Origin: Eledone cirrhosa
Taxonomy: Eukaryota
Assembly (NCBI GenBank): GCA_964016885.1
Contig: OZ024742.1
Span: 41,602,001 to 41,666,000 of the forward strand
Direction of reading: 5' to 3'
DNA: 64,000 nucleotides
In this document: piece after piece, positions 12,701 through 25,715 of the stretch
Position numbering within the stretch: position 1 is the first letter of the stretch
How the letters are laid out: each line of letters starts with the position of its first letter
Notes under the pieces: model-generated
Databases searched by the model: none
What the model was told of the DNA's origin: nothing
The model's input: only the letters and a program-made list of their open reading frames with translations
Program-made: the position numbers and the translations under genes

Positions 12701-14640
12701 GAAACGAGGGGACCAAAGCTGTTAGCTGGGCCAGCGTGACAGAAGCGAAAAGTGGGATTAGATCCACTATCCGGTCTTTGCGAGACCAGGATGGACGGGT
12801 GATCCTTGAACCTAAGCAAATGTGCGAGGCCTTTCAAAGGCACTTTGCCCGATTGTTCGGGAGGGGCGGGGGGCCGGTTGGAGATGTGGATTTCGGTCCA
12901 TACCTCGACGGCCTGCCGCGTCTTTCGGACAAGGAGGCGAGGTCCTGCGACGGGCCGATCTCAGCTGCTGAAATAGGGGACGTACTGAGCCTATGCGGCA
13001 AACGCAAATCTCCAGGGCTCGATGGTCTGCCCTACGAACTATATATTAATATGCCGGACTTGTTCCCCGATCCTCGAGGCGGTCTACTGCAACTGGCAAC
13101 AGAACGGGAGAATTCCCTGCTCTGTGACCAAGGGCGTAGTCTCGCTAGTGAGGAAGGACGAGAACAACGGGGCTGACATTAGTAATTTTAGGCCCATAAC
13201 TCTGCTAAATGCAGAGTTAAAGATTTTGGCCAAGGTGTTAGCGAAGAGCTGGGCGCTTGTCGTGGGGGGGGGGGGGGCTGGTGGGAGATGCGCAGACATG
13301 CGCTATCCCGTCCAGGTCCATCCACAACAACCTCCACCTCATGCGATACATCATAGAGAGGGTTGGGAACGAACCCGGCTTTGGTGGGGCCCTGATAAAT
13401 TTAGTCAGTCTAAAGCGTTCGATAGGGTGGACCATGGTTACCTGGATGCGGTGCTAGCGGCGGCTGGGTTCGGACCTGTTTTCAGGGGCTGGATCACTGC
13501 CATGCACAGCAGCCGCATCTGCTCTAGAGTCAAGGTGAACGGCTACCTCTCGGAGCCGTTCGAAATCACCCGCTCCATCCGACAGGGGTGCCCTCTCTCC
13601 TCCCTTCTGTATGTATTGGCTCTCGAGCCACTACTGCGGAAGTTGGAGTTGTTGCAGGGCATCCTTTTGGAACCGGGATTGCGCAAAGCGGTTTCGGCCT
13701 ACGCCGATGACGTAACAGTAATGGTGTCGACCACCGCGGAAATCGAGACAATCGGCACCTTACTGGAGGAGTACGAAGGTTGACAGGGGCTAAGCTGAAC
13801 CGGGACAAGTCAGGCGCTTTGCAACTCGGCGAGTGGAGGGGCAAAGCGATGTCGTCCGACGGTATCGTCGGACGGTGGACGGAGGGCCCGGTGAAGTTGC
13901 TTGGGGTCTGGTTCGGACCGGACCTCCAGGTGGAGAAAAACTGGGGTGAGGTGACGAATAGGGTGTTTGCACTGACCCAGAAGTGGGCCGAGTGCAAACT
14001 ATCCCTGAAAGGTCGGGCGGAGGTGGCGAACGCTTACATAGCGTCCATCATCTATTACCGCTTGACTGTCGTGCCTTGCCCGAGTGAGATCCTCGCCAAA
14101 ATGGAGCGCGCCCTCTTTTATTTCCTTTGGAAGAAGAGGCCTCCTCTGGTGAGGAGATCCATCTGCTGTCAACACCCTTTGAAAGGAGGGCTGGGGATGC
14201 CGTGGCTAAAAATGCGTAAACACGCATTGAGGCTAAGGCACCTCCAGGTATTCCTTACCGGTCAACCGGTGTGGGCCCCGTTTGTGAGGCGAGCCTTCCC
14301 GAGGCTCGTCTCGCTCACCGAGCTGCAGTCCTGGGTGAAGCAAAGACCGAGAAAACTAGGCGACTGGCACACCGAGTGTGCCCAGGCGCTCACGGCTCCT
14401 CTGGCAGGCGGACCCGGTTATCGATGGAGACTCCACCTCGTCATTCTATAGAGGGCTGGTGGTTAGCAGGTGCGACGACGCCCTGTGAGAAACCCTAGGC
14501 ATGGAGGAGGACGAACTGGCCAGTCTATTCGGTAGGACTTTCGGCCCGGGACCTATGGACAACTTCCAGAAGTCCTTGGCCTGGCAGTGCTACCGAGGGG
14601 CTCTGCCCGTTCGGGTACCTCTACAGACACGGGCGCCCGG
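9781..14640 (+). mobile_element. L1/Tx1-like LINE, subfamily A, 3'-truncated; ORF1 about 9957-11619, ORF2 from 11620 with frameshifts
   Basis: ORF1 zinc knuckle CYHCAGRVHLRTAC; ORF2 APE (LNARG, GDWN, LDRF, SDH) and RT (KSPGLDGL, FRPITLLN, KAFDRV, RQGCPLS, YADD). Confidence 0.95.
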
Positions 14641-14647
14641 GTAGGGA

Positions 14648-15300
14648 TTTACTATCTTGAAGGTCTCGCCAGTGTTCATTTATCCGTTCCCCTACACTGG
14701 CGAGACCTTCAAGATAGTAAAGAATCATCTGTACTCTACCAACATGCTAAAATAGAACATAAGGGTAAATTAGAGAACATAGAAATAAAAATAGAATCTA
14801 CACACAGAAAAGACGCAATGTTTAGACAAATCACAGAGGCAATAAACATAAAAGAATTACAACAAAAATTAAATAGAAAATATGAGTGGAACAGCAACAT
14901 CACAACTTACAATTAAGGACAAAATGAAAACACACACGCACATAGAACAAACAACCAACCGGTAACATGTAAATAAACAAATAAATAAACGAATATAAAC
15001 ACACACAGACACCCGGATGCGGCGCATGCGCAGACTGAGCACACAACACACACACAGAAACAAAACGGCGTAGGACAGAACAAAGGAGAGGCGCAAAAAC
15101 AAAGAAAAGAATCCCCAGTCACTGAAGAGGTCACAGAATGTGTGACGAAAGAACTTTGACAATATATAAACAACTATCTGGTTGTGGAACCAACCAACCA
15201 ACCAGAAATTTATAAATTCCAAAATTTATAAATTTATTATAATAAATTGAAGTGAAAGTGTGTTTCTTATTGGCAACATGACCCTCCCAAAGTATAACGA
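14648..15300 (+). mobile_element. Penelope-like element 3' part/pLTR with a 5' fold-back
   Basis: HWRDLQDSKESSVLYQHAKIEH...RQITEAINIKE...LNRKYEW is a GIY-YIG C-terminus; close to 52476-53057; carries a hammerhead core. Confidence 0.85.
15118..15160 (+). ncRNA. Minimal type I hammerhead ribozyme motif (PLE)
   Basis: GTCA-CTGAAGA-G-GTCAC(loop)GTGAC-GAAA-GAAC-TT-TGAC: both conserved boxes with stems I and II paired. Related copies at 52863-52905 and (degenerate) 62649-62691. Confidence 0.65.
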
Positions 15301-15408
15301 TAAATATATATATAAATACATAACTATGGATTGACAGTCAGGTAGACAGAAAGGTAGATAGAGAGGTATGTTTGTAGATATATAGAGAGATATGTAGATA
15401 GATAGATA

Positions 15409-18400
15409 TCTTTCATTATTTGCCACAGGGGCGTACAAGAAATGGGACATTACAAGACGTGACGGCGGGGGTTTACATGAAATCGTATAAACTTTAACAT
15501 TAATAAATAACAATAAACTATGTATTAAAAAATTAACAATCGAAATCCCCAAACGGAAAAGGAGTGTGGCGGTTTGATTATGACAATGGACTCGGTGGTC
15601 AACCGGATTGGTCCCACCCGCGACAATAGTCGTTCTACATAGCCCCACAGGTCAGTGACGCCCGGGCAGTGTATTAATGCGTGCGCGACGGTTTCTTCGT
15701 TACGCACGCACCTCGGACAGATCTTTTTTGCAGGGTCCCTTCCCGGGCGCCCATCTCTGTAGAGCTTGTCTCGGACTGGTAGAGCTCCTCGGTAGCACTG
15801 CCAGGCCAGGGACTTTTGGAAGTTGTCCATCGGTCCTGGGCGGAAGGTCCTACCGAACAGACTGGCCAGTTCATCTTCCTCTACGCCTAGAGTTTCACCG
15901 AGCGCGTCGTCGCACTTGCTGCGGATCAACCCTCTATGGAATGACGAAGTGGAGTCTCCACTGATCGCCGGGTCCGCCTGCCAGAGGGCTGTGAGCGCCT
16001 GAGCACATTCGATGTGCCAGTCGCCCATTTTCCTCGGTCTTTGCTTGACCCAGGACTGAAGCTCGGTCAGCGAGACGAGTCGTGGGAAGGCTCTGCTCAC
16101 GAACGGGGCCCACACCGGTTATCCGGTGAGGAATACGTAGAGATGCCGCAGCCTGAGCGCGTGTTTGCGCATCGTTTTGGCTGGACAAGGCACAGCGGTC
16201 AAGCAGTAGTAGATGGCGGACGCTATAAAAGTGTTCGCCACCTCCGCTCGACCTTTCAAGGATAGTTTGCACTCGGCCCACTTCTGGGTGAATGCAAACA
16301 CCTTGGCCGTCACTTCGTTCCAGTTCTTCTCCACCTGGAGGTCCGGACCAAACCAGACCCCGAGCAGCTTTACCGGTATTCTGTCCATCGTCCGACGACG
16401 CCATCGGAAGGCATCGGTTTGCCTCTCCACGATCCGAGTTGCAAACCGATGGACTTGTCCCGGTTCAGCTTCGCTCCTGTGAAACTTTCGTATTCCTTCA
16501 GTAAGGTGCCGACTTCCTCGATTTGCGAGGCGGTCGACACCATTACTGTCATGTCGTCGGCGTAGGCCGACGCCGCTTTCCGCAGTCCCGGTTCCAGAGG
16601 GATGCCCTGCAATAGCTCCAACTTCCGCAGTAGTGGCTCGAGAGTCAGTACGTACAGAAGGGAGGAGAGAGGGCATCCCTGTCGAATGGATCGCGTAATA
16701 TGGAACGGCTCCGAGAGGTAGCCGTTCACCTTGACCCTTGAGCAGATGTTGCTGTTGTGCATTGCAGCAATCCAGCCCCTGAACACGGGTCCGAAGCCTG
16801 CCGCCTCGAGCACCGCATCCAGGTAACGATGGTCAACCCTATCGAAAGCCTTAGACTGATCCAAGTTGATCAGGGCCCCACCGAAGCCGGGTTTACACCC
16901 TATCCTCTCTATGATGTATCGCATGAGGTGGAGGTTGTCGTATATGGACCTGGTCGGGATTGCGCATGTCTGCGCTTCTCCCACCAGGTTCTCGACGACA
17001 AGCGCCAGCCTCTTTGCCAACACCTTGGCCAAAATCTGTAACTCTGTGTTTAGCAGAGTTATGGGCCGGAAGTTGCCTATGTCATCCCCCTTATTCTCGT
17101 CTTTCCTGATTAGTACGACCACGCCCCCGGTTACAGAACTGAGAATTCTCCCGTTCTGTTGCCAGTTGCAGTAGACCGCTTCCAGGAGACCGGAGAATAA
17201 GTCCGGCATTGCTACGTAAAATTCGTAGGGTAGACCGTCGAGACCTGGAGATTTGCGTTTGCCGCATTGGCTCAGCGCGTCCCCTATCTCAGCGGCTGAA
17301 ATCAGCTTTTCGCAGAACTTTGCCTCGCTGTCCGAGAGTCGCGGTAGGCCGTCGAGGTATGGACCGAAATCCATAGCCTCTCCGGCGCGCCGCTCCCCCC
17401 GAACAGCCGAGCAAAGTGCCGCTGAAAAGCCGCACACATCTGCTTCGGCTCACGTATCACGCGTCCGTTTTGGTCCTTCAAAGACCGAATCGTGGACTTG
17501 TTGCCACTTTTTGCCTCCGTCACTCGGGCCCAGCTAACAGCTTTGGCTCCCTCGTTTCCCAGAGCACGTATTTTTCTTCTGACAACGCAGCCCTCGTGCT
17601 TTGCGTCGAAGAACTGGTCCAAGGTCGTTCTCGTTGCTAGCACGCTGGCTACGTTGCCACTTCTAATTGCCTCTTCTACTTTATCTACCAGTTCCCTCTC
17701 GGTTCTATTTTTTTCTAACGCTAATTCTTTACTAAAATCTAACGAGTCTAATCTAACTGCCCTCTTGAGAGAGTACCACCATCTGTTTTTGACAATGGCC
17801 CATGTCAAGTGCTGTTTAACTAAAGTGCTAATCCGTCTACTGTAGGCTTTGCTTGTCGGTAACGACAAGTTCAGCTTCCAGTAGCCGGGTCCTTGTCTAT
17901 GGGTTCTATCAAGGTTGGCCATGCAGATCACTAGTTTGTGATCTGAATAGGCAACCATGAACATTTGTGGACAGCTTAACATGTCCCTATCCTTATTTCT
18001 AACTAGAACCCTATCTAGGTACGATCTAGATGTTCCGCTAAGGTTAGTCCACGTCCACAGTGGCACAGTCGGAAAATCTAGTCGATATCTCTCGGCCAGG
18101 TCAAATCGGTCGATTAACTGTTTGAGGCTGTTACACCCCCCTTTATCGGGACATGCTCCCACATAGTCCCAACGTGCATCTAGGATTCCATTCCAGTCCC
18201 CCCACTAAAAGCAAGGAGCGGGACGTTCCCAGAAAAGTCTCTAGACGTTTGAAGAAGTCTGGCCGTGGTGTCCCGGACGGGGCATATGCAACCACCAGCC
18301 TGAAGGCTCCACCTTCACTACCGTCAACGTCTAGGACCACCAGTCGACCCTCCGGGTCCAGATGTACCGTCTGTGTTACGAGGCCCAGGTGTTTCCGCAG

Positions 18401-20768
18401 CAAAACGGCAACTCCGTCTCCACCCCCAGGTTGACAGAGAGATGCATAGATCTCAAAGTCATCGAAGATGGGGGCCAGCTGTCGCTCGCTGTGGATCCTG
18501 GACTCGCAAATGGCTACCACATCCATACTGTGCGACCTGAGGTCGTTTAAGAGTTTGCCCTGTTTCCAGGGCATCCCCCGGCCGCGTACGTTCACACATC
18601 CAACTCTTATATTGGCCATGTTGGTGCTGAAAAATTAAAAGAGGAAAAGAGATCACTCACCCTTCGTCTCCTGGGAACCAGGCTGCACGATTTCCATGGG
18701 GGTGTTGGAGGGGTTGTCTGGGTGGGTGGTGGTTTCCGGCGGGGTGGGGACGGAGATGTTTGGTGGGGTGGGGTCTGGTGGGATGGGGGTGTCTGGGTTG
18801 GGGAGACATTTGAGAAGGACGCGGTTAAGTGGTTTCACGCAGGAATTCCCCACATCCTTTTCAAATGTTTCTTTTAGGGACCTATCAGTTTGTATAAGGA
18901 CCCTAATCAGTTTTAGGTTCAGTTTTTTGTTATTTTTAATAGAGTGGGCGAAAGTTTCCCTTCGCTTTTCACCGAAGGGTCGTTCGTGATGGTCTCCATT
19001 AGTGTTTTGTTTTCAGTGTTTATGTAAATGTAAGTGTAATTTTCTTGTGTTGTGTTTGTTTTTGTCTGTAGTTCTTGTGTGTGCTTTCGTTTTGTTGTAG
19101 GTATTTTGTTTTCAGGAGGTGGGGGTTTTGTTTGTGATGTTTTTGTTGTTGGTGTTGGTGGTTGTATGTTTGTGGTAGTGTTTGCTGGTTTTTTGCTTTT
19201 GTGATGTCTTTTCTTTCTTTTCGAGCGATGGGGTTCTCCCCCGTCTTCACTGGGTGATGGCGAGATAGCCTCATCTGTTGTTATCGTCTGTGTGATTGGG
19301 GAGGGGTATGTCTTGGGGAGTTGTTGTGTCTGTATATGATTTTGCAGTGGTTTTAGGTTGAATGGGGTTGGATGGGACTGTGTTTGTTGTGGTTATTTTT
19401 GTGTGTTGGTGGTGGTGTTGGTGGTTGTGTTGTTTTGATGGGTGTCGGCAGAAGAGCCTTTTTTTGACTCATTAATTTAGGACAGGAAGCCCTCAGGTGA
19501 CCCCTGCTAAAGAAATGGTAACATGAAGGCCGCCTACCCTCAACCGAAAAGTTTATGTAGGTGAGTCCGTCCAGGAGTACACGTTGTGGGATCATAGCTA
19601 TTCGCTCTGGGCTCATTTGCACCAGAACTTCAACGCTAGTCCCATTGAATACATCTCTGGGAGACTTTCCTACTGACAGTATTCTGTCTTCATCAAAATT
19701 GATGAAGCCGCACAGTATCCACCATATGTTCACCTTTGGTGTGACACTCGTGATTTTAATCTTTTGTGTCCTTTTTCTCATGTATGTAGGGAAAAAGGTT
19801 GGATACAATTGGCGACACAGAGTAATTTTGGGCCGTCAATTGATCCTTCATGAGTACCGAAATACTCCCAAATAGTTTGCTTCTTTGAATGAATGCAATA
19901 TCATTCATTGAATTTTTGAAAACCAGTTCAATTTCTTTCTGTGACAATTGGACTGGTTTTCGGGTAGAATTGGAAACTGTCCTAAAAACTATCGTTTTGA
20001 GAGCAGTTTCCTTGCGAATTTCTACCGGAGAATTGAGGCTGAAAGCACCATTTTTTTCGAAAGTGACATATCTCCTAGCGTCCTTTAAAAGTTGTTCGGC
20101 ATTTGTTATGTCGAGATATGTCAGTTCCTCCTGTTTTTGAACTGTCTGTGCAAAGGAGATTTTTGGTTTCTTTGTGGAATTATCCGTGTTGGTTATTGTT
20201 GTTATTGTTGTTGTTATTCTTGTTGTCACTGATGTTGATATTATTCGTATTTTCCTTGGTGTTGGTGTTGTTGTTGTCTTTGATGCTGGTGTTATTGGTG
20301 TTGTCTTTATTTTTTTCTTTGTTGTTGTTGTCATTGTTGTTTTTATCATCATTATTGTTGTTGTTGTTATTTTTGTTGTCAATGAACTGTTTGGTGTCAT
20401 TTGTGTTGTTTGGATATGAATTTGTTTTTACAATTTCATTTCGTCTTTCCATCTCCATAGTATCTAGGGAAGAAGACGATGTTGACTGCGAGCTATGTAG
20501 TCTTACCGACTCTCCACCACCATTATCGTTGAACGCAGCGTTCATAACGTAATCAAACTTCTTACGATATTTTTTCCAAAATTCGATGGAGAAAAAATTT
20601 TCCAAACGAATATTTCACCCCTGTAGGGGCGAAAATGAGTTGACCCACCACCTGAAAGTCCAGTCGGGGGGTCAAGTTACACAATAATATAAAATTTAAC
20701 TGAAAACTCACGTTTTTTTTCTTACATAAAATAACGGAAACTTCTCCGCGAAGTTACACACGCCTGGT
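15409..20768 (-). mobile_element. Near-full-length L1/Tx1-like LINE, subfamily A, frameshifted
   Basis: ORF1 pieces 20605-18653 with degenerate knuckle; ORF2 from ATG at 18619 with APE, RT and C-terminal CPRC...ETVAHALIHC zinc motif; 3' UTR and (ATCT)n tail; (GATA)n at the 5' flank. Confidence 0.95.
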
Positions 20769-20772
20769 AGAG

Positions 20773-20869
<97 letters not shown>

Positions 20870-20870
20870 T
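20773..20870. repeat. (GATA)n microsatellite at the 5' junction of the LINE
   Basis: Seen directly. Confidence 0.98.
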
Positions 20871-21067
20871 CCTTCTTCACTTGAATGACCAATGCTGCTT
20901 CGGGGCGCCGGCTCCACAGAGATACACATCGGTAGTAATCCATTTTCCGTGGCCCTTCTGCCACTACTGCAGGTGGAACCATTTCTGCTGTCTTCCCATT
21001 TTCCAACACTTTTCACGGCTTTTATATCTTTTATGTTTTTTATTTTTCTATTTTTTTATTTTTGCAG

Positions 21068-21163
21068 TGAACGACAACTACTCTTATTACAATGATTGTT
21101 GTGTCAATAAACCAACGACGAGTGAAAACTACATACAGACTAACACGAATGAAAAAATACCGG
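21068..21163 (+). CDS. PNT-ETS factor exon 4 (NDNYSYYNDCCVNKPTTSENYIQTNTNEKIP)
   Basis: Long polypyrimidine tract plus tttgcag acceptor, G|gtgagt donor, 96 nt open frame, phase 1 to 1. Confidence 0.7.
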
Positions 21164-21204
21164 GTGAGTCTTTTATTTATTTATTTGTATTACTAGTTTG
21201 ACTA

Positions 21205-22655
21205 TACTGAACCATTCAACATCATGCACTCGGTCCCCTCTCATCCCTTCTGTGTTGACTCTTGACAGGTATCCCGTGCAAAGATTCGTGTCGGCATATG
21301 CCGACGACGTCGCCGTAGAGGTGTCGAACACCAAACACATTGAGATGATTGGCACCACTCTCAGGGAGCACGAAGCGGTAAATGGAGCAAAAATCAACCA
21401 GTAAAAGTCGGTGAGGCTGCAGCTCGGCACCCGGACAGGCATGTCCATGCCGTCCAACAGCGTCGTCGGGCGCTGGACAGACGAACTTGTTGAATTACTC
21501 GACGTCTGGTTTGAACTGGACCTCCAGATGGACCAAAACTGGGACGAGGTAACCTCCAAGGTGGCTTCTCTCACACAAAAATGGGCCGAGAGGAAATTAT
21601 CCTTGAAAGGCCAGGCAGAGGTGACGAACACGTACATCGCATCCGTCATCTACTACCGCCTTACCTTCGTGCCTTGTCCTAAACCTCGCCTGATTGCACT
21701 GGAGCGTTTGCTCTTTCGCTTGTTGTGGAAGGGACGCACTTCGATGGTCAGGCGATCCATCTGCTGTCAACACCTGCTACGTGGCGGGCTGGGGATGCCG
21801 TGGTTGATGATGCACAGACATGCGCTGAGGCTACGGCATCTCCATCTCTTCCTTGACGGTGAACAGGTGTGGTCAGTGTTTGCTAGACACATTTTCCCCA
21901 GCTCGTCTTCTTGACGGAGCTGCAATCCTGGGTCAAGCGAAGACCGAGAGGAAGCGCTTGGAGACTGTAATGTCTTCATGCGCTCACAGCCCTCCACCAG
22001 TCGAGCGCTGTGATCGGTGGAAACTCCACCTTGGCTTTCTATAGAGGGTTAGTGGAGGGAAAGAGCGACAATGTCTTTGGGGAGACTCTGTGTGTCGATG
22101 AAAATCAACTAGCCAATGCCTTCGAGAGAACTTTCGGGCCAGGGGCCATGGACAACTTCCAGAAATCCCTGACCTGGCAGTGCTACCGAGGAGCTTTGCC
22201 AGTTGAGGATAAACTCTACAAGCATGGAAGTGCCGTCAGTCGGTTCTGTCCGAGGTGCGCGCAGGGCAACGAAACCATTCTGCACGCACTTGTCGAGTGC
22301 CCGAGTATTACTGACCTGTGGGTTTATGTCGATCAACTAAGTCCATTGTGAAGATCGCCCCATCTTCAGAGGAGAAGGACAGGCAGTTTTTATCTGCCTG
22401 GTGGCCATGGTGAAAGAGGTCGTGTGATGGACGCGTTTGAAAGGGTTGAAGACAGCCATCTTCCTCTATGGCGAAGCCCTGATTAACTTTTTCAGATTTC
22501 ACTTGAAGAAGAAAATCAGGGTGGTAAGGGAAGTGCTGCCTTCCAACCAGTTTGTTGAAAGGTAGGTGAGAATGGCGAGCATGGTCCGTGTGAATAGGTC
22601 TGCCTTGAGCATACGCCTGTAGATTAGAGTAGAAAGACTGGGAGAGGGCACTTTG
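21205..22655 (+). mobile_element. 5'-truncated Tx1-like LINE (subfamily B), RT C-terminal half
   Basis: SAYADD, KWAERKLSLKG, GGLGMP and CPRC motifs; homologous to 46260-47810. Confidence 0.92.
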
Positions 22656-22659
22656 TAGC

Positions 22660-22800
22660 ATAGTTACGTCCCTTTACGATCTGAGTTCAAATCCCGCCGA
22701 GGTTAACTTTGCCTTTCATCTTTACGGGGTCGATAAAATAAAGTACCAGTAATGTACTGAGTAATTGCTGGCCTTGTGCCAAAAGTAGAAACAATTATTA
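22660..22800 (+). mobile_element. tRNA-derived SINE, 5'-truncated
   Basis: B box gttcaaatcc, core and tail as at 38311. More copies at 24131-24270, 25730-26165 (three), 30085-30258, 37660-37845 and 61460-61650. Confidence 0.85.
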
Positions 22801-22963
22801 GTTGTTGAAGTACAGAGACGTTCATTTATGAGCTCGTAAGTTTTGTCATTATTCTATTCTCAAACTGTGTTTTTCATCTGAAATTTATTATAGTTTTGGA
22901 GATTACAGACTTAGCCGCCGTGTGATATCCAACAGAAGTATACACACACACAAATACATATAC

Positions 22964-22994
<31 letters not shown>

Positions 22995-23185
22995 CATACA
23001 TACATACATACATACATACATACATACATACATACATACATACATACAAACATACATACATATACATATACATACATACATGCACATACACACACATACG
23101 CATTCTGATAGACAAACTCATAGATATAGAAGCATGTACGGACAATTATTTTCTTTAAACTTTTTCTTACTGTTTATATTGGTAG

Positions 23186-23461
23186 ATGAATCTGAATATG
23201 AAGGCATTGAATCCGGTGACATTGAGCTTGAATCAAACATTTTCACAGCAATAAGGAAAATATTACCAGCAGAAGATGGCACAGATATACCTTATTACAC
23301 AATTAACCATAACGAAACAGAATATCGTAACATTCCTATGGAAGACAACCAATGTTCTGACTTTACCCTACCGACTAACATTGATGAATCAGACTTCATC
23401 AGCCAAATTCCACTTACTTATCCACAGCAAGACGATCAATCGGAGACCGCCGAAATAACGG
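23186..23461 (+). CDS. PNT-ETS factor exon 5, acidic region (possible transactivation domain)
   Basis: Acceptor ggtag, donor G|gtgagt, 276 nt D/E-rich open frame, phase 1 to 1. Confidence 0.8.
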
Positions 23462-23522
23462 GTGAGTTGCAATACTTGCGTCTGCCATCTTCATTTACTG
23501 AGCGTATGAGTTATGTGCATGT

Positions 23523-23820
23523 ATGTGAGGGCGCATAGCCTGGCGCTCGGCTCACAACCATAGAGTGATGAGTTAGATTCCCTAACTGAGCAGTGCGTTG
23601 TGTCCTTGAGCAAGACACTTTATTCCTGTTGTTCTAGTCCGCTCAGCTGGAAAAACATAGTTGTACTTGTAATTCTTACACTGGATCTCCCTGAGAAGTT
23701 TGTTAAGGATATAAGTGTCTGTGGAATGCTCAGCCACTTGCATGTTAATTTCACGAGCAAACTGTTTCATTGATCGCAGTAACTGGAACACTCGTTGAAT
23801 CCGACAGAGGTCTAACAACA
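23523..23820 (+). mobile_element. CORE-type SINE
   Basis: tRNA-like head, CORE-like gtgtccttgagcaagacacttt, and a tail shared with fragments at 6880-7010 (+) and about 8090-8220 (-). Confidence 0.65.
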
Positions 23821-24567
23821 ACGTGCATGTACGTGGACGCAGCCTGCCGAATATTTAAGAAGTTCACTTAGCAGTCATTATGTCCCAGATTCGATCTCAC
23901 TGTTGGACAAACCTAAGAATCTCGGGTCAACCCAAACTTTGTAAGTGAAATTGGGTAGACAGAAATGGTTCGGGTGTCCATAAGATTGATTGTACCTGCA
24001 ATTCAAAGAGCCAGCCTTATCACAATGTGTCATGCTGACTCTCGCCGATAACTACGTTTTATTCTCGTTTTAAATCATTCCGTTTTCGTAAACTAACGTA
24101 ATAACGTTTGATTTTTCCTCTCGTTAATAAAAGGCGGTGAATTAGCAGAGTTGTTAGAATGCTGGATAAAAATGCTTCGGTATTTGATCTGGCTGTCTCC
24201 GCTTTGAATTCAAATCCCGACGAGGTTAACGTTGGCGTTCATCCATACGGGGTCGATAAATAAAGTACCAGTTGAGGGTTGGTGAATTGGTGGAATTGTT
24301 AAAGAGTCGGATGTGATGCTTTGCAGTGTCTAATCCCGCTCTGTGCCAGATTTGCACTCGGCAGATAGTGTGAAAAATGCGAAAACCAATAAAAACATAG
24401 TTTCCTTGATCCAATCAGACGATTGGCTCCATTCTACTGCCAGGAGTTGTGACCTGCAGATAGTATTAACAATTGAAATTCCAATGGAAACATAATCTCC
24501 TTAGTCTGCTCTGACGATCGCCCCCACCCTTATACATTCTCAATAATAAACTACATTTTTTTTTCAG

Positions 24568-24819
24568 ATCATTATCAGAAATCACAATTTGTTACATTAA
24601 CAGACTACAGAAACTATGATTCGAGACCTGATTCCCCAACTGGCAGCACAACTACAGTGAAAAATGAGAACAACTTACAAATTTCTCATTGTTCAAAATC
24701 TTCCAAAGAAATTAAAGAAAAGGTGCCGAAACATTCCAGCAGACCAGCGGATTGCAAAGAAGTATCTTCACGGATCAAGTGTAACTTGAAAGAGCAGAAT
24801 ACTAAAAAGAGCCGGGCTG
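24568..24819 (+). CDS. PNT-ETS factor exon 6, Ser/Lys-rich linker
   Basis: Acceptor tttttttttcag, donor G|gttggt, 252 nt open frame ending in basic KKSRA just before the ETS domain; phase 1 to 1. Confidence 0.75.
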
Positions 24820-24894
24820 GTTGGTATAAAATAATAGGGAACCTTATTTACAGTCCAAATGTTGCTAGCAGGGAGAACAGACGTTAAAGGATGT

Positions 24895-25715
24895 TTCCAA
24901 ATGTTTGACAGATACCGACTGGATTTGTAATCTATACGGTCGATCTAGGTAGGTTACTGGAAGCTGGACGCGGCGTTCCCGACGCACAAAACTTACAGAG
25001 ACCGATTTAGCGAACTTGTTAAGCAGGCGTTGACAGGGGTAATCGTCCTCAACTTATGGTATTTCGCCCAGAAAAGGGTGGTTAGAATAGAATCGATAAA
25101 GTTTGGTAAGGAAGTAGCAATAGAGAAAATTAAATTAGAGGAGCGTTGGTTAGAAACATAGAAAGGACTTTTAGGAAAGACATCACGACCGATGTGCTTG
25201 CGGTGAGATTATCTTTCAACCAATTCTTCAATGGCAAACACGAAGGCTGCGTTGTAAGAACTAAGAGACGAAGGATCGAAAGCTGTTCAATGGGCCCAGT
25301 TAGCAAAAGCACAGCGTGACAACAAAGTCACGATTCGATCTTTGGCGGATGACGATGAGCGTGTGCTATTCGAGTCCAAATAGATGTGTGGGGCTTTTCA
25401 GCGGCACTTTGCTGAATTATTCGAGACAAGTGAAGGACCGGATCGCAAGATGGACTTCAGTTCCTACCTCGACTGTCAACTTTGACTCTTGGCAAATGAG
25501 GCGGAGTGTTGCGAAAAGGTGATAGCAACCACTGAAATACGGGAGGCGATGGCAGGTGGCATGAGTGGTTAAATGCCTGGTTAGATGGTCTGTTCTACAT
25601 CTTACCAGATGTTTACTGCAACTGGAGGAAAAACTGGAAAATACCCGTTTCTGTGAGCCGAATAGTGGTGTCGCTATTGAGAAAAGACCTGAACAAGGAG
25701 GGTCACATCGATAAT
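24895..25715 (+). mobile_element. Degenerate Tx1-like ORF2 fragment
   Basis: ggttactggaagctg (GYWKL) and aaacacgaaggctgcgttgt (KHEGCVV) match the other copies. Confidence 0.85.

Noticed and set aside
18627-18660. GTGAGT...TTTTTCAG micro-intron fusing ORF1 to ORF2 (minus strand)
   Set aside because: Only 34 nt, removal does not put ORF2 in frame, and the AG is absent from the other spacers.
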